This document shows, piece by piece, positions 1 through 8,216 of a stretch of 64,000 bases of DNA. Made by a program: the position numbers and the translations under genes. This stretch comes from a virus (lineage: Duplodnaviria > Caudoviricetes), in the IMG/VR virus record IMGVR_UViG_3300027751_000009, positions 1-64,000 of that record. One strand, written 5' to 3'. The notes below the pieces were generated by a model. It searched no databases. It was not told where the DNA came from and was given only the letters and a program-made list of their open reading frames with translations. Position 1 is the stretch's first letter; each line of letters opens with the position of its first letter.

Positions 1-104
1 CTTTATTTATTAATACTCCGTTTCATCCTCTTGGAATCATCAGGCACACCACACAGTGTACTACAGAAAATGAGTAGTTTATAGTCATACTCAGGACTAA
101 TACT

Positions 105-287
105 TTATGATAGTGTCTCATTTAGATAACTACCATCTTGGAATACATACGTTACATAACATAAACCACCTATCCACTCTGATTGAGTAGTATGATTAAA
201 CTTACACAACATAGTTACAATGCCTTCTACTATAGCTCTTGATGCTACAGTATGTGCTATTGTTCCCTTGCTAAATTCACAAGTCAT
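105..287 (-). CDS. Hypothetical 60-aa protein, possibly the first gene of the leftward block
   Basis: ORF track; AT-rich leader (TTAAACATTATG on - strand); no recognisable motif. Confidence 0.4.
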   Translation of the reverse strand: MTCEFSKGTIAHTVASRAIVEGIVTMLCKFNHTTQSEWIGGLCYVTYVFQDGSYLNETLS

Positions 288-364
288 AATGTTTAATGTC
301 GATTGTACTGCTGACCACAGCTTAAATTAATAAAAGACTCTCTTTTTCGGATAAATAGTTTATA

Positions 365-424
365 CCCCCCCTACCCGAAAATTGATTGAAGGGAGGGGTC
401 AAACTACAATCTGTTACCCTCCCG
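365..424. other. GC-rich inverted repeat at the divergence point of the two gene blocks
   Basis: C7 run at 365-371; GGGAGGG 391-397 is complementary to CCCTCCC 417-423; lies at a G/C skew inversion. Confidence 0.5.
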
Positions 425-502
425 CGTATAAATTTTTTTATAAAGTCTTTTTGTTGGTATAGGTGTATTTTATAATAATTTTTTTGATATAGATAAAAGT
501 GA

Positions 503-510
503 TATCTTTG
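503..510 (+). promoter_or_regulatory. Bacteroidota housekeeping-sigma -7 element (TAnnTTTG)
   Basis: TATCTTTG in intergenic DNA, with TTTG at 483-486 upstream. Confidence 0.5.
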
Positions 511-602
511 CGATATGAAAGACTCGATGTATATAAGCTCTTTAGGGAGTATAGAATGAAATCCTTGTTGTTAGAAGCAGGGATTTCTTGATTGTGGTTT
601 AT

Positions 603-636
603 AGGGCTTTATACTGTTTGGTATGGAGTCTTTTTT
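603..636 (+). terminator. Intrinsic terminator candidate
   Basis: 12-bp stem 603-614/621-632 with several G-U pairs, 6-nt loop, followed by a T-run. Confidence 0.5.
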
Positions 637-642
637 ATTTTA

Positions 643-650
643 TATATTTG
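643..650 (+). promoter_or_regulatory. Bacteroidota -7 element upstream of the first rightward gene
   Basis: TATATTTG ending 28 nt before ATG 679; TTTG at 617-620. Confidence 0.55.
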
Positions 651-678
651 TTGAGTAATAATATAAAAGTCAGACATT

Positions 679-1080
679 ATGAGTAAAAAGAAGACTACGG
701 GTGATTATTTTGAGCCCATACCGGAGGTAACGCCAATGGTAGAATTTGATGAAACAGCGGAGTACAATTCAGCACCATTAGAGCTTACCGAGGAGTTGGA
801 AGAAGAGCTTGTTGGTATAGAGAGGGAGAAGGATAAGATAAGGGAGAGTATTCGTTCCCATACGGAGCATTACTTGAATGGTTTGAATGAGTGGAAGCTG
901 ATAGCAAAGACATATAATAACACGTTAGATTACGAGCATACTACTATGGCTATGTTTGTAGGCAAAGGTGTTTTAATGTGTTTAAAGGAGGCTGTAGGGC
1001 AGAAGATGAGTACTACGATGTGTTATGTACCTGGTGTAAGGATATTGTCTATGGAAGATGGTAAATATTGTATTAGATAA
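679..1080 (+). CDS. Hypothetical protein, 133 aa
   Basis: ORF with promoter and A-rich leader; strongly G-skewed codons. Confidence 0.7.
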   Translation: MSKKKTTGDYFEPIPEVTPMVEFDETAEYNSAPLELTEELEEELVGIEREKDKIRESIRSHTEHYLNGLNEWKLIAKTYNNTLDYEHTTMAMFVGKGVLMCLKEAVGQKMSTTMCYVPGVRILSMEDGKYCIR

Positions 1081-1098
1081 ATTAAAAGTTCAGAAATA

Positions 1099-1515
1099 AT
1101 GAGTAAGAAGATAAGTTTTATAAGTACGGATAAGTTACAGGTGTATGTAGAGTTGTTACAGAATATGGCGTATGACATACAGGATGTTGGAGTAAAGGCG
1201 AGTTTGGCTGAGAGTCATGGTGCTATTACTAAGGTTGAGAAGGACAAGTTACATAAGGAGTTATATTCGAAGATAACGAAGATAGATGCGGCATTATTGG
1301 ATTCCTTAACGGAGTTGAATAAGCGATTAAAGTCAGATATGGGATTGCCATATGGTTTTCAGGAGATTAACAAGTTTTTGTTGAAGTATAAGGATACGCA
1401 TCCGGACATTTATTTAACGGAGAGTGAGTATAAGTTTAAGAAAGCGGAGAGTGACAAGAAAAATATGATAGAGGATGCTAAGGTTATAGTGGACAAAAAA
1501 CTAAAAAAGGCGTAA
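1099..1515 (+). CDS. Hypothetical helical protein, 138 aa
   Basis: ORF in operon; leader resembles that of gene 679. Confidence 0.7.
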   Translation: MSKKISFISTDKLQVYVELLQNMAYDIQDVGVKASLAESHGAITKVEKDKLHKELYSKITKIDAALLDSLTELNKRLKSDMGLPYGFQEINKFLLKYKDTHPDIYLTESEYKFKKAESDKKNMIEDAKVIVDKKLKKA

Positions 1516-1516
1516 T

Positions 1517-2278
1517 ATGTATTTAGTAGAGCTTGATCCTTTTACTGGTCTTACGAGAGTTGATGGAGAGTTTGATGGCATACGTGCTGTTAAGGAGTTC
1601 CGAGATATTATCAACAGTGAGGAATTGGGTGTTGCTTGTTTTACGGCTATTGCATTGACTGTAGATTACTTAACGCCTATAATGTATTATAGGGAACACG
1701 ACAGACCTTATAAGGCTATGGAGTTGGCTACTAATGGTAATCGTAGGGCTTTTGAGTGGAATCAGGAATTGATACAGAAAGCGTTGATAAAGTATGATGA
1801 GTTACAGTATAATGCTACTGTAGAGGAAAAGCGTGCTTTAGACTTTATGTTATTGGAGAAGTTAAAGGAGATAAAAGTTCAGAAAGAGGCGAATACATTT
1901 GTACCTATAGAGGAAGCTACTGATGATAACATAGAAGATTTGATAATGGAATTTCGTGACATCAAGAGGCTTTTAAATGAGGTAGAATGGGATAAGTTAA
2001 ACAGAAAGGAAAAAGACTCTATATTGCGAAAGGCGAATATTTATGTTATCACACCAGAGAATAGGAGTCGAGAGGAAGCTCATAGGGTACGTGATGAAGA
2101 GAAGATGATGTCATTGTTCAAGCAGTTAAACACCATAAAGTCATTAATAGATAATTTTAATAGGGCAAATGAGGGGAATGATATTTACGCAGAAGGACCT
2201 GTAAGGAATGGTTATAAATTAACCAGGCTTGAAGAGAAAGCTGAAGATAAAAATTCTTTTTACCACGCTGGAAGATAA
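1517..2278 (+). CDS. Hypothetical protein upstream of terminase; candidate terminase small subunit
   Basis: 253-aa helical ORF directly before terL; function is inferred from position only. Confidence 0.45.
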   Translation: MYLVELDPFTGLTRVDGEFDGIRAVKEFRDIINSEELGVACFTAIALTVDYLTPIMYYREHDRPYKAMELATNGNRRAFEWNQELIQKALIKYDELQYNATVEEKRALDFMLLEKLKEIKVQKEANTFVPIEEATDDNIEDLIMEFRDIKRLLNEVEWDKLNRKEKDSILRKANIYVITPENRSREEAHRVRDEEKMMSLFKQLNTIKSLIDNFNRANEGNDIYAEGPVRNGYKLTRLEEKAEDKNSFYHAGR

Positions 2279-2318
2279 TTGGATAGTGTTTTTTCTGACT
2301 TTTACTTTGTCCAATTTT

Positions 2319-2354
2319 AGAGAGGTTATCTTGTATAGCCTCTCTTTTTTTTTT
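2319..2354 (+). terminator. Rho-independent terminator
   Basis: AGAGAGGTTA / TAGCCTCTCT stem, 7-nt loop, T-run to 2354. Confidence 0.8.
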
Positions 2355-2470
2355 AAAATTAAAAACGGAAAAAATTGAAAACATTATAAATGGATATTTA
2401 TAATACGGAAAAACTTGGGAACATAAAGAAAGGGATATATAAGGGAAAGGGAAATAAAATTAAAATTATA

Positions 2471-2478
2471 TATCTTTG
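2471..2478 (+). promoter_or_regulatory. Bacteroidota -7 element for terL/portal
   Basis: TATCTTTG ending 21 nt before ATG 2500, downstream of a terminator. Confidence 0.6.
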
Positions 2479-2499
2479 ATAAGTAAATTAAACGAATAA

Positions 2500-4788
2500 A
2501 TGAGTGTAGTTACAAAACGATTTGACCCAAAGAGTGTTTTAAAAAATAATCTAAATGTTCGTTCTAAAGTATATCATACTACAAAGAAGAACAATTACTT
2601 TGAATTTGAGATACCAGAAATTGATGGTTTTGATGCACGTAATTATTCACCATTAGTCTATCAGGAGATACCACCATTAGAGCGAGGTACATTAGCATAT
2701 GATGATTTTTGGGATGAACAGGATAGGCGTTGTTTGGAGGGATATGAACCTACTATTAACGGTGTCAAATATCCACGTATAACTGGTCCACATTATTTTT
2801 ATCTGAATATGCTTCAGATAATGATGTTAAAGCAAGGAGCTACACAGAAGAAATTGGATTATCCATTTTACAGAGTGTTAGATCACTTGCTTTTTTTAGA
2901 GATAGAGAAAGCTGGACTGTTAGGTTACGGAATTATTATTGGTAAGGCAAGACGTATGGGATTGAGTTATATTGGTGACTGTATGACTTTATACAACTTG
3001 TTATTTTTCTTAGATGCAGAAACAGCTATTGGAGCTGGTAAGGAAGATAAGGCTACAGATTTATTCAAAAAGGTTATAAAGTCTTTAGAGAATTTACGTG
3101 AGGAATATAGAGTAAGCTACAGAAAAAACAAGACAGAATTAAAGTTGTCTTATAAAATCAATGAGAACAAAGTACAGCAAGATGCTGGTATCAATTCTCA
3201 ATTAACAGTGAAAACATTTTTCAGTGACCCATCAGCATTTGAGGGTGGTAGTTACAAGTTCTTTATTTTTGAAGAGATAGGACTACAAGACAATTTGATA
3301 AAATCATATAAGGCGAGTGAGCCTTGTTTTATGGAGGGTGGTACTCAATTTGGAGTTCCTTTAATGTATGGAACAGGTGGAGAAGTAGATAAGGGTTCGC
3401 GTGATATGAAAATTATCTATGAGAAACCTGAAGCATACAATATGAAGAAGTTGTTTATTCCTGCATATTTATATTATCCTGGTTCTGTAGATAGTGAAGA
3501 TGAGGAAGAAGACAATGTAAACTTCTTTAACCCTATTACTGGGCGTACAGATGAAGTAGCTGCATTAAAGCATATTTTAGAGAGAAGAAAAAGAGCGAGT
3601 ACATCGCGTGATGGTTATATCAAAGAGGTACAGAGTAGGCCAACGGAAGAGGCTCATTTATTTCTAAAGACATCAGGAGGGCAGTTGAATCGTATTATCT
3701 TAAACGGACAACTACAAAATCTTTATGATGGTGTTAGAGCTTACACACCTAAAAGGGGTAGATTAGAATGGGTTTATGACAAGTCTTTAAACTCTCAACT
3801 ATCAAGATGTCAAACACAAAAGGAAAAAGACAAAATACATATTCTATACAAGAGTAAAGTAGATTTTATAGAAGATGAAAACGGTACTTTTTGGGAGATA
3901 GTAAAACCTATCAATACTGATGAAATGCCTTATCCAGCAGATATAGGTGGTACAGATAGTTACGATGAGATTGTTCCTGAAGATACAGGTTCTATGGGTG
4001 CTACATTAGGGTATCGTGTTTTCAATGGAACTACTAAAGATTACAATATGCCTGTTGGATTGGTGTATGAGCGTGGTGATGCAAGTAGTGACGATACGTT
4101 CTATTCTAATTCTTTAAAGTTCTGTGTACGTTACAATATGCAGACATTAGTAGAATACTCAAAAATTCTCATTATCAATTACTTTGAAGATTGTGGAGCG
4201 CAAAAGTATCTAAAGTTAAAACCTATCTTACGTAATGAGGCTATCGCTAATAAAGGTAGGCAGACTTATGGTGTTCACGTAAAAGGAGAAATGAAAGGTA
4301 TTATTACCAGGTTATTAAAGCACGAAGTAAATCATAATACGATGAATTATTGGTTAGATTTAATTTTATTAGATTTGATAGAATATGGAGATGGTAATAC
4401 GGATATAGCAATGGCTTTAGGAATGTGTTTAATTTCTAAATTGGATATGTTCGAAGAGATCACTGATGATTTAGATGGGGAATATGACGAAGGTGATGTA
4501 TTACGAGATATGGAATATTACACTTTGGATAGTGCTGGTAATTTGGTAGCTGAAACTTATGGGTTAAGTCCAAGCAGTAATTCAGATATTGATATCTTTG
4601 ACCCACGAAAACATCTCACCGGAGAGGAAAGAGAAAAATATCTTAACTTTATAGCGATTAAAAAGGAAAAGATAAAGGAACAGAAAGAACAGCAACGAGA
4701 AAAGCTAAACAATTCTGAAGACCCATTTCAGAAATCAATACAAAATGAAATCCTAAAACGAGAAAAAAATGACTTACGAACAGTTTGA
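2500..4788 (+). CDS. terL: Terminase large subunit (crAss-like type)
   Basis: Walker-A-like GKARRMGLSY, Walker-B FIFEEIG, GTGG coupling motif, RNase H-like GTDSYD and later DxAMA; size and position fit. Confidence 0.93.
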   Translation: MSVVTKRFDPKSVLKNNLNVRSKVYHTTKKNNYFEFEIPEIDGFDARNYSPLVYQEIPPLERGTLAYDDFWDEQDRRCLEGYEPTINGVKYPRITGPHYFYLNMLQIMMLKQGATQKKLDYPFYRVLDHLLFLEIEKAGLLGYGIIIGKARRMGLSYIGDCMTLYNLLFFLDAETAIGAGKEDKATDLFKKVIKSLENLREEYRVSYRKNKTELKLSYKINENKVQQDAGINSQLTVKTFFSDPSAFEGGSYKFFIFEEIGLQDNLIKSYKASEPCFMEGGTQFGVPLMYGTGGEVDKGSRDMKIIYEKPEAYNMKKLFIPAYLYYPGSVDSEDEEEDNVNFFNPITGRTDEVAALKHILERRKRASTSRDGYIKEVQSRPTEEAHLFLKTSGGQLNRIILNGQLQNLYDGVRAYTPKRGRLEWVYDKSLNSQLSRCQTQKEKDKIHILYKSKVDFIEDENGTFWEIVKPINTDEMPYPADIGGTDSYDEIVPEDTGSMGATLGYRVFNGTTKDYNMPVGLVYERGDASSDDTFYSNSLKFCVRYNMQTLVEYSKILIINYFEDCGAQKYLKLKPILRNEAIANKGRQTYGVHVKGEMKGIITRLLKHEVNHNTMNYWLDLILLDLIEYGDGNTDIAMALGMCLISKLDMFEEITDDLDGEYDEGDVLRDMEYYTLDSAGNLVAETYGLSPSSNSDIDIFDPRKHLTGEEREKYLNFIAIKKEKIKEQKEQQREKLNNSEDPFQKSIQNEILKREKNDLRTV

Positions 4789-7057
4789 ATTGCCAAATCA
4801 AAGGATGCCAGAATCTAAATGGACAAAGAAGTTGTATTTAGAGCACGCTAACAAAATGATTGAATATATCGGTAATGATGTTTTCACAAGACGTAATGAT
4901 AGTATTTCAAAATATTACAGACGTTATTCTTGTGAACTAAGTCCGAAAGAAGTACAAGCCAATGACTCTTTAACCAAACAGTATGGTTTTGATTTAGGTG
5001 TTGAGTATATGATTTATCCATTATGTGAAATGGTAGTAGACCAATTGGTTAGTGAGTATATTTCTGTTCCTATGCGAAAGAAACTATATTCTATTAATAA
5101 ATCGGCTATCAATTCAAAACTTGATGAGAAAGTTAAGTATATCAATGAAGAAATATTTAGGGCAGAGAATGAGAAGCTTGAAAACGAATTAGGTTTCATT
5201 CCTGAAACAGAAGATCCCGATATAGATTTACCTGACGATATAGAAGAATTTTTCGCTAAAGATTATAAGACCCAAGCGGAAGAAATTGGAGACGATATCA
5301 TAGAACAGTTTTTAGAAGTTCTTAAAGAAAAGCGAAAAGTAAAAACCTTACTTCAAGATTATCTTATCAGTGAGCAAGTTATAGCTACTATAGAAGAAAA
5401 AGATGGACACCCAACTATTCGCAGAGCTAAATATGATGAATGTTATATTGATGTTAATCCAGATGAAGAGATACAAAATGACATTAATATTTTTGCATAT
5501 TTCCCTTACTACACAAAGAATGAAATTCTAAACAAATACAATCTTGATACAGAGCAATTAAAAACGCTTGATGAGATATTCGCTAAAATGGAAAGTGGAA
5601 AGCTTACCAATGAACCGTTTGATTTCGGAAGAAATAATGGTGTAGATAGTGTTGGCTTTAACAATTCTAAATCTGGAGTTTCTTATAGAAACTGGTACGA
5701 TACCAATAGTAGAAATAGAATACGCGTTATGAAAATGCAATGGAAGTCACGTAAAGAGATACGTGCTAAAGTGCATACTAATCAGCATACTGGCGAAGAA
5801 ATTTACACACTGATAGGAAAAGATGAGAAACCAAGAGCGCGTGATGTTATTAAAAAAACTACGATAGAAGTTATTCGTGAAGTAGAAATGATAGGTCCAG
5901 AATTGGTTTTAAAATATGGGGAGTGTAAAGAGCGTTTATCTTTTATAGATAACAAGAAGAAAGTAATGTTACCTGTTGTGAGTCTTATTGGAAGAAATAC
6001 TATGTACACTGGAGAGATACGTTCTGTAGTAGCGAAAATAGAACCGCTACAAAAAATGGCTTCTGACTTACTATTTGAATTAAGACTTGCAATGAAAGCT
6101 AATGATGGGCGTATCTTAGTGTATGATACGGCTCAAACACCAAAGCAGTTTTTAGATCAAGGACCAGGAAAAGCATTAAACAGAGTATTGCATCACATCA
6201 AAAAAGATAAGATGTTATTATTCAATTCTAAAGACCATAAGTCCAGAGCTACTTTTAATCAGTTTACAGCATTAGATTTAAGTAATAGAGGTCAGGTAAA
6301 AGACATTATGGATGCTCTTATGTTGATGGAAGATTTAGGTAGAAAATTTGTAGGTTTATCTAAAGAGCGACAAGGAGAAGTAGGGCAGTATCAAACTAAA
6401 GGTGGAACAGATAGAGCTGTACAAGCTTCTAATGCACGTACAGAAGTTTACTTCAATCCTTTTGACGAATTTCTACAAGACCTATTAGGTAGAATGCTTA
6501 TAAAATCTAAGTCTATATACAAATCAGGACAAGTATTCCAATATATATTTGGTGACTTAAAGACCAAGTTCCTTACAGTATTCCAAGAGTACTTTAATTC
6601 TGATTTAGGTATTTATTTTGGTAATAGATTTAAAGACCAAAAAGACAAACAGATTATTGATGGGGCAGCTCAACAAGCATTATCTAATGCTTCAGATAAA
6701 GAACTAATATTAGATTTGATAAATGTACTTCAGGGAGAAAGTGCATCAGAGAGTAAAGCTATTTTAGAGAAAGGATTGAGTACTTTCCAAAAGTTACAAG
6801 CTGAAAATGCAAAAGCAGCACAAGCCGCTGAAGAAGCTAAGATGGCTCATGAAATGGCTATTGAAGATAAGATAGATGAAAGAGGAAGAGAGAAAAACAT
6901 CAACAATATTGAGGTTGCTCAAATCTATGCAGACAATAAAACGTTTAATGATACTCAAAAAATCAATTCACAAGAAGTACAAACTCTTGCTAAATTAAGT
7001 GTAGACCAATTAAAAGCAGAGAAAGATAGTATCGCTAAAGAGAAGAAAAGTGAATAG
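4769..7057 (+). CDS. Portal protein
   Basis: 762 aa directly after terL; helical with a coiled-coil C-terminus; matches the crAss-like gene order. Confidence 0.85.
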   Translation: MTYEQFELPNQRMPESKWTKKLYLEHANKMIEYIGNDVFTRRNDSISKYYRRYSCELSPKEVQANDSLTKQYGFDLGVEYMIYPLCEMVVDQLVSEYISVPMRKKLYSINKSAINSKLDEKVKYINEEIFRAENEKLENELGFIPETEDPDIDLPDDIEEFFAKDYKTQAEEIGDDIIEQFLEVLKEKRKVKTLLQDYLISEQVIATIEEKDGHPTIRRAKYDECYIDVNPDEEIQNDINIFAYFPYYTKNEILNKYNLDTEQLKTLDEIFAKMESGKLTNEPFDFGRNNGVDSVGFNNSKSGVSYRNWYDTNSRNRIRVMKMQWKSRKEIRAKVHTNQHTGEEIYTLIGKDEKPRARDVIKKTTIEVIREVEMIGPELVLKYGECKERLSFIDNKKKVMLPVVSLIGRNTMYTGEIRSVVAKIEPLQKMASDLLFELRLAMKANDGRILVYDTAQTPKQFLDQGPGKALNRVLHHIKKDKMLLFNSKDHKSRATFNQFTALDLSNRGQVKDIMDALMLMEDLGRKFVGLSKERQGEVGQYQTKGGTDRAVQASNARTEVYFNPFDEFLQDLLGRMLIKSKSIYKSGQVFQYIFGDLKTKFLTVFQEYFNSDLGIYFGNRFKDQKDKQIIDGAAQQALSNASDKELILDLINVLQGESASESKAILEKGLSTFQKLQAENAKAAQAAEEAKMAHEMAIEDKIDERGREKNINNIEVAQIYADNKTFNDTQKINSQEVQTLAKLSVDQLKAEKDSIAKEKKSE

Positions 7058-7069
7058 TTAAATATTTGC

Positions 7070-7077
7070 TACATTTG
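7070..7077 (+). promoter_or_regulatory. Bacteroidota -7 element for head genes
   Basis: TACATTTG in the 7058-7107 gap. Confidence 0.55.
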
Positions 7078-7107
7078 TTATAAATAAAAATCAGAAAAAC
7101 AAAAATT

Positions 7108-8079
7108 ATGGACCCAAACAACATTCAATTAGAAGAAGGACATTTCCAAAAAGAAAATGATGCCCTTGAAAATGAGTTTAAAGAGCAATTTGAACAAAAG
7201 AACGTTCCTTACACTGGAGGTATTAATCCTGACGATAAAGATATTGATGCAGCTGATGAACCGAATGGTGATGAAATCGTTGACTTTAAGTATGATGATG
7301 CTTTAGCACAAGAGGAAGCAGAAGAATTGGCAGAATTAAATATGAAATTAGGTTCTGACTTTAAGACTTTAAACGAACTTAAATCAAGTCTAAAAACTGC
7401 AGATACTAAAGATGAGCAAACAAGTATTGATAGAGAGAAACGTTATATCACTTATTTCAAAGACCTTTTAAACGAATCAAAGTATAATGATTTGCAATTA
7501 GTTACAGAAGATAAGAGGATAGCCGCTATTAATAATAACGAAGACCCTAACGATCCTTTTGTAAAAGAACGTATTGAGGAAGAAGTGGAAACATTAAGCA
7601 ATAGTGGTATGATGCAATATGCAGCAAAAGCTATTAAAGATAGTTTACGAAATTCTTTAAAAGAAAAAGAAACAGTAGTGAACGCTTATGAAAATGGAAA
7701 ACAATTAAGTGAGAAAGAAAAAGCTGATGCTTTTAAACAGAACTTGCAAGAAGGATTGAATGACATTTACAAACAAGGAAAATTTTTAGGTGTACAACCT
7801 ACAAAAGAAGATATGATTAATATCTATAAAGATATTAGCAAAAACAAACATATTGAACATTTGAAAGCAAATCCAAAAGATGCTGTCGAGTTTGCGTTAT
7901 TTAAGAAATATCGTGAGGTAATCATGAAAAACTTAGAGAAACCAAACTTTAATGCTGGAGTTCAGAGCGCTCTAAACGAGTTAGGAATGTCAAGTTCTGA
8001 ACCAGGCAAATCAGGGGGCGACACCTCCAAAAACAGCGATGATGGCGAGCTTAGTTTTTTACAAAGGTTTGCAAAATAA
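7108..8079 (+). CDS. Putative scaffolding/head assembly protein
   Basis: Acidic helical 323-aa protein between portal and capsid genes. Confidence 0.6.
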   Translation: MDPNNIQLEEGHFQKENDALENEFKEQFEQKNVPYTGGINPDDKDIDAADEPNGDEIVDFKYDDALAQEEAEELAELNMKLGSDFKTLNELKSSLKTADTKDEQTSIDREKRYITYFKDLLNESKYNDLQLVTEDKRIAAINNNEDPNDPFVKERIEEEVETLSNSGMMQYAAKAIKDSLRNSLKEKETVVNAYENGKQLSEKEKADAFKQNLQEGLNDIYKQGKFLGVQPTKEDMINIYKDISKNKHIEHLKANPKDAVEFALFKKYREVIMKNLEKPNFNAGVQSALNELGMSSSEPGKSGGDTSKNSDDGELSFLQRFAK

Positions 8080-8170
8080 ACGGTAGGCAAAGCTAACCGT
8101 AGCAAATCTTTTAAAATTCAAAGAATGTAAGATATGAGGTGCCATTCCTAAAGGCAAAGCTATTAGGGAT
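8080..8170 (+). promoter_or_regulatory. Twin hairpins with identical apical AGGCAAAGCTA in the capsid leader
   Basis: Hairpin 1 at 8080-8100 (ACGGT/ACCGT stem) and hairpin 2 at 8144-8170 (ATTCCTAA/TTAGGGAT stem) share AG-GCAAAG-CT plus a bulged A. Confidence 0.65.
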
Positions 8171-8216
8171 TAAACCATTTTTAAAAACAATTTATAAACC
8201 CTTTAAAAATTTAAAA

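Noticed and set aside
8080-8170. c-di-GMP-I riboswitch, suggested by GGCAAA
   Set aside because: The GNRA tetraloop/receptor architecture and the P1 stem are missing; these are two separate short hairpins
8139-8216. Track start of the capsid ORF at GTG 8139
   Set aside because: It would translate through the second hairpin and give a Lys/Phe-rich junk leader; ATG 8217 has a typical A-rich leader
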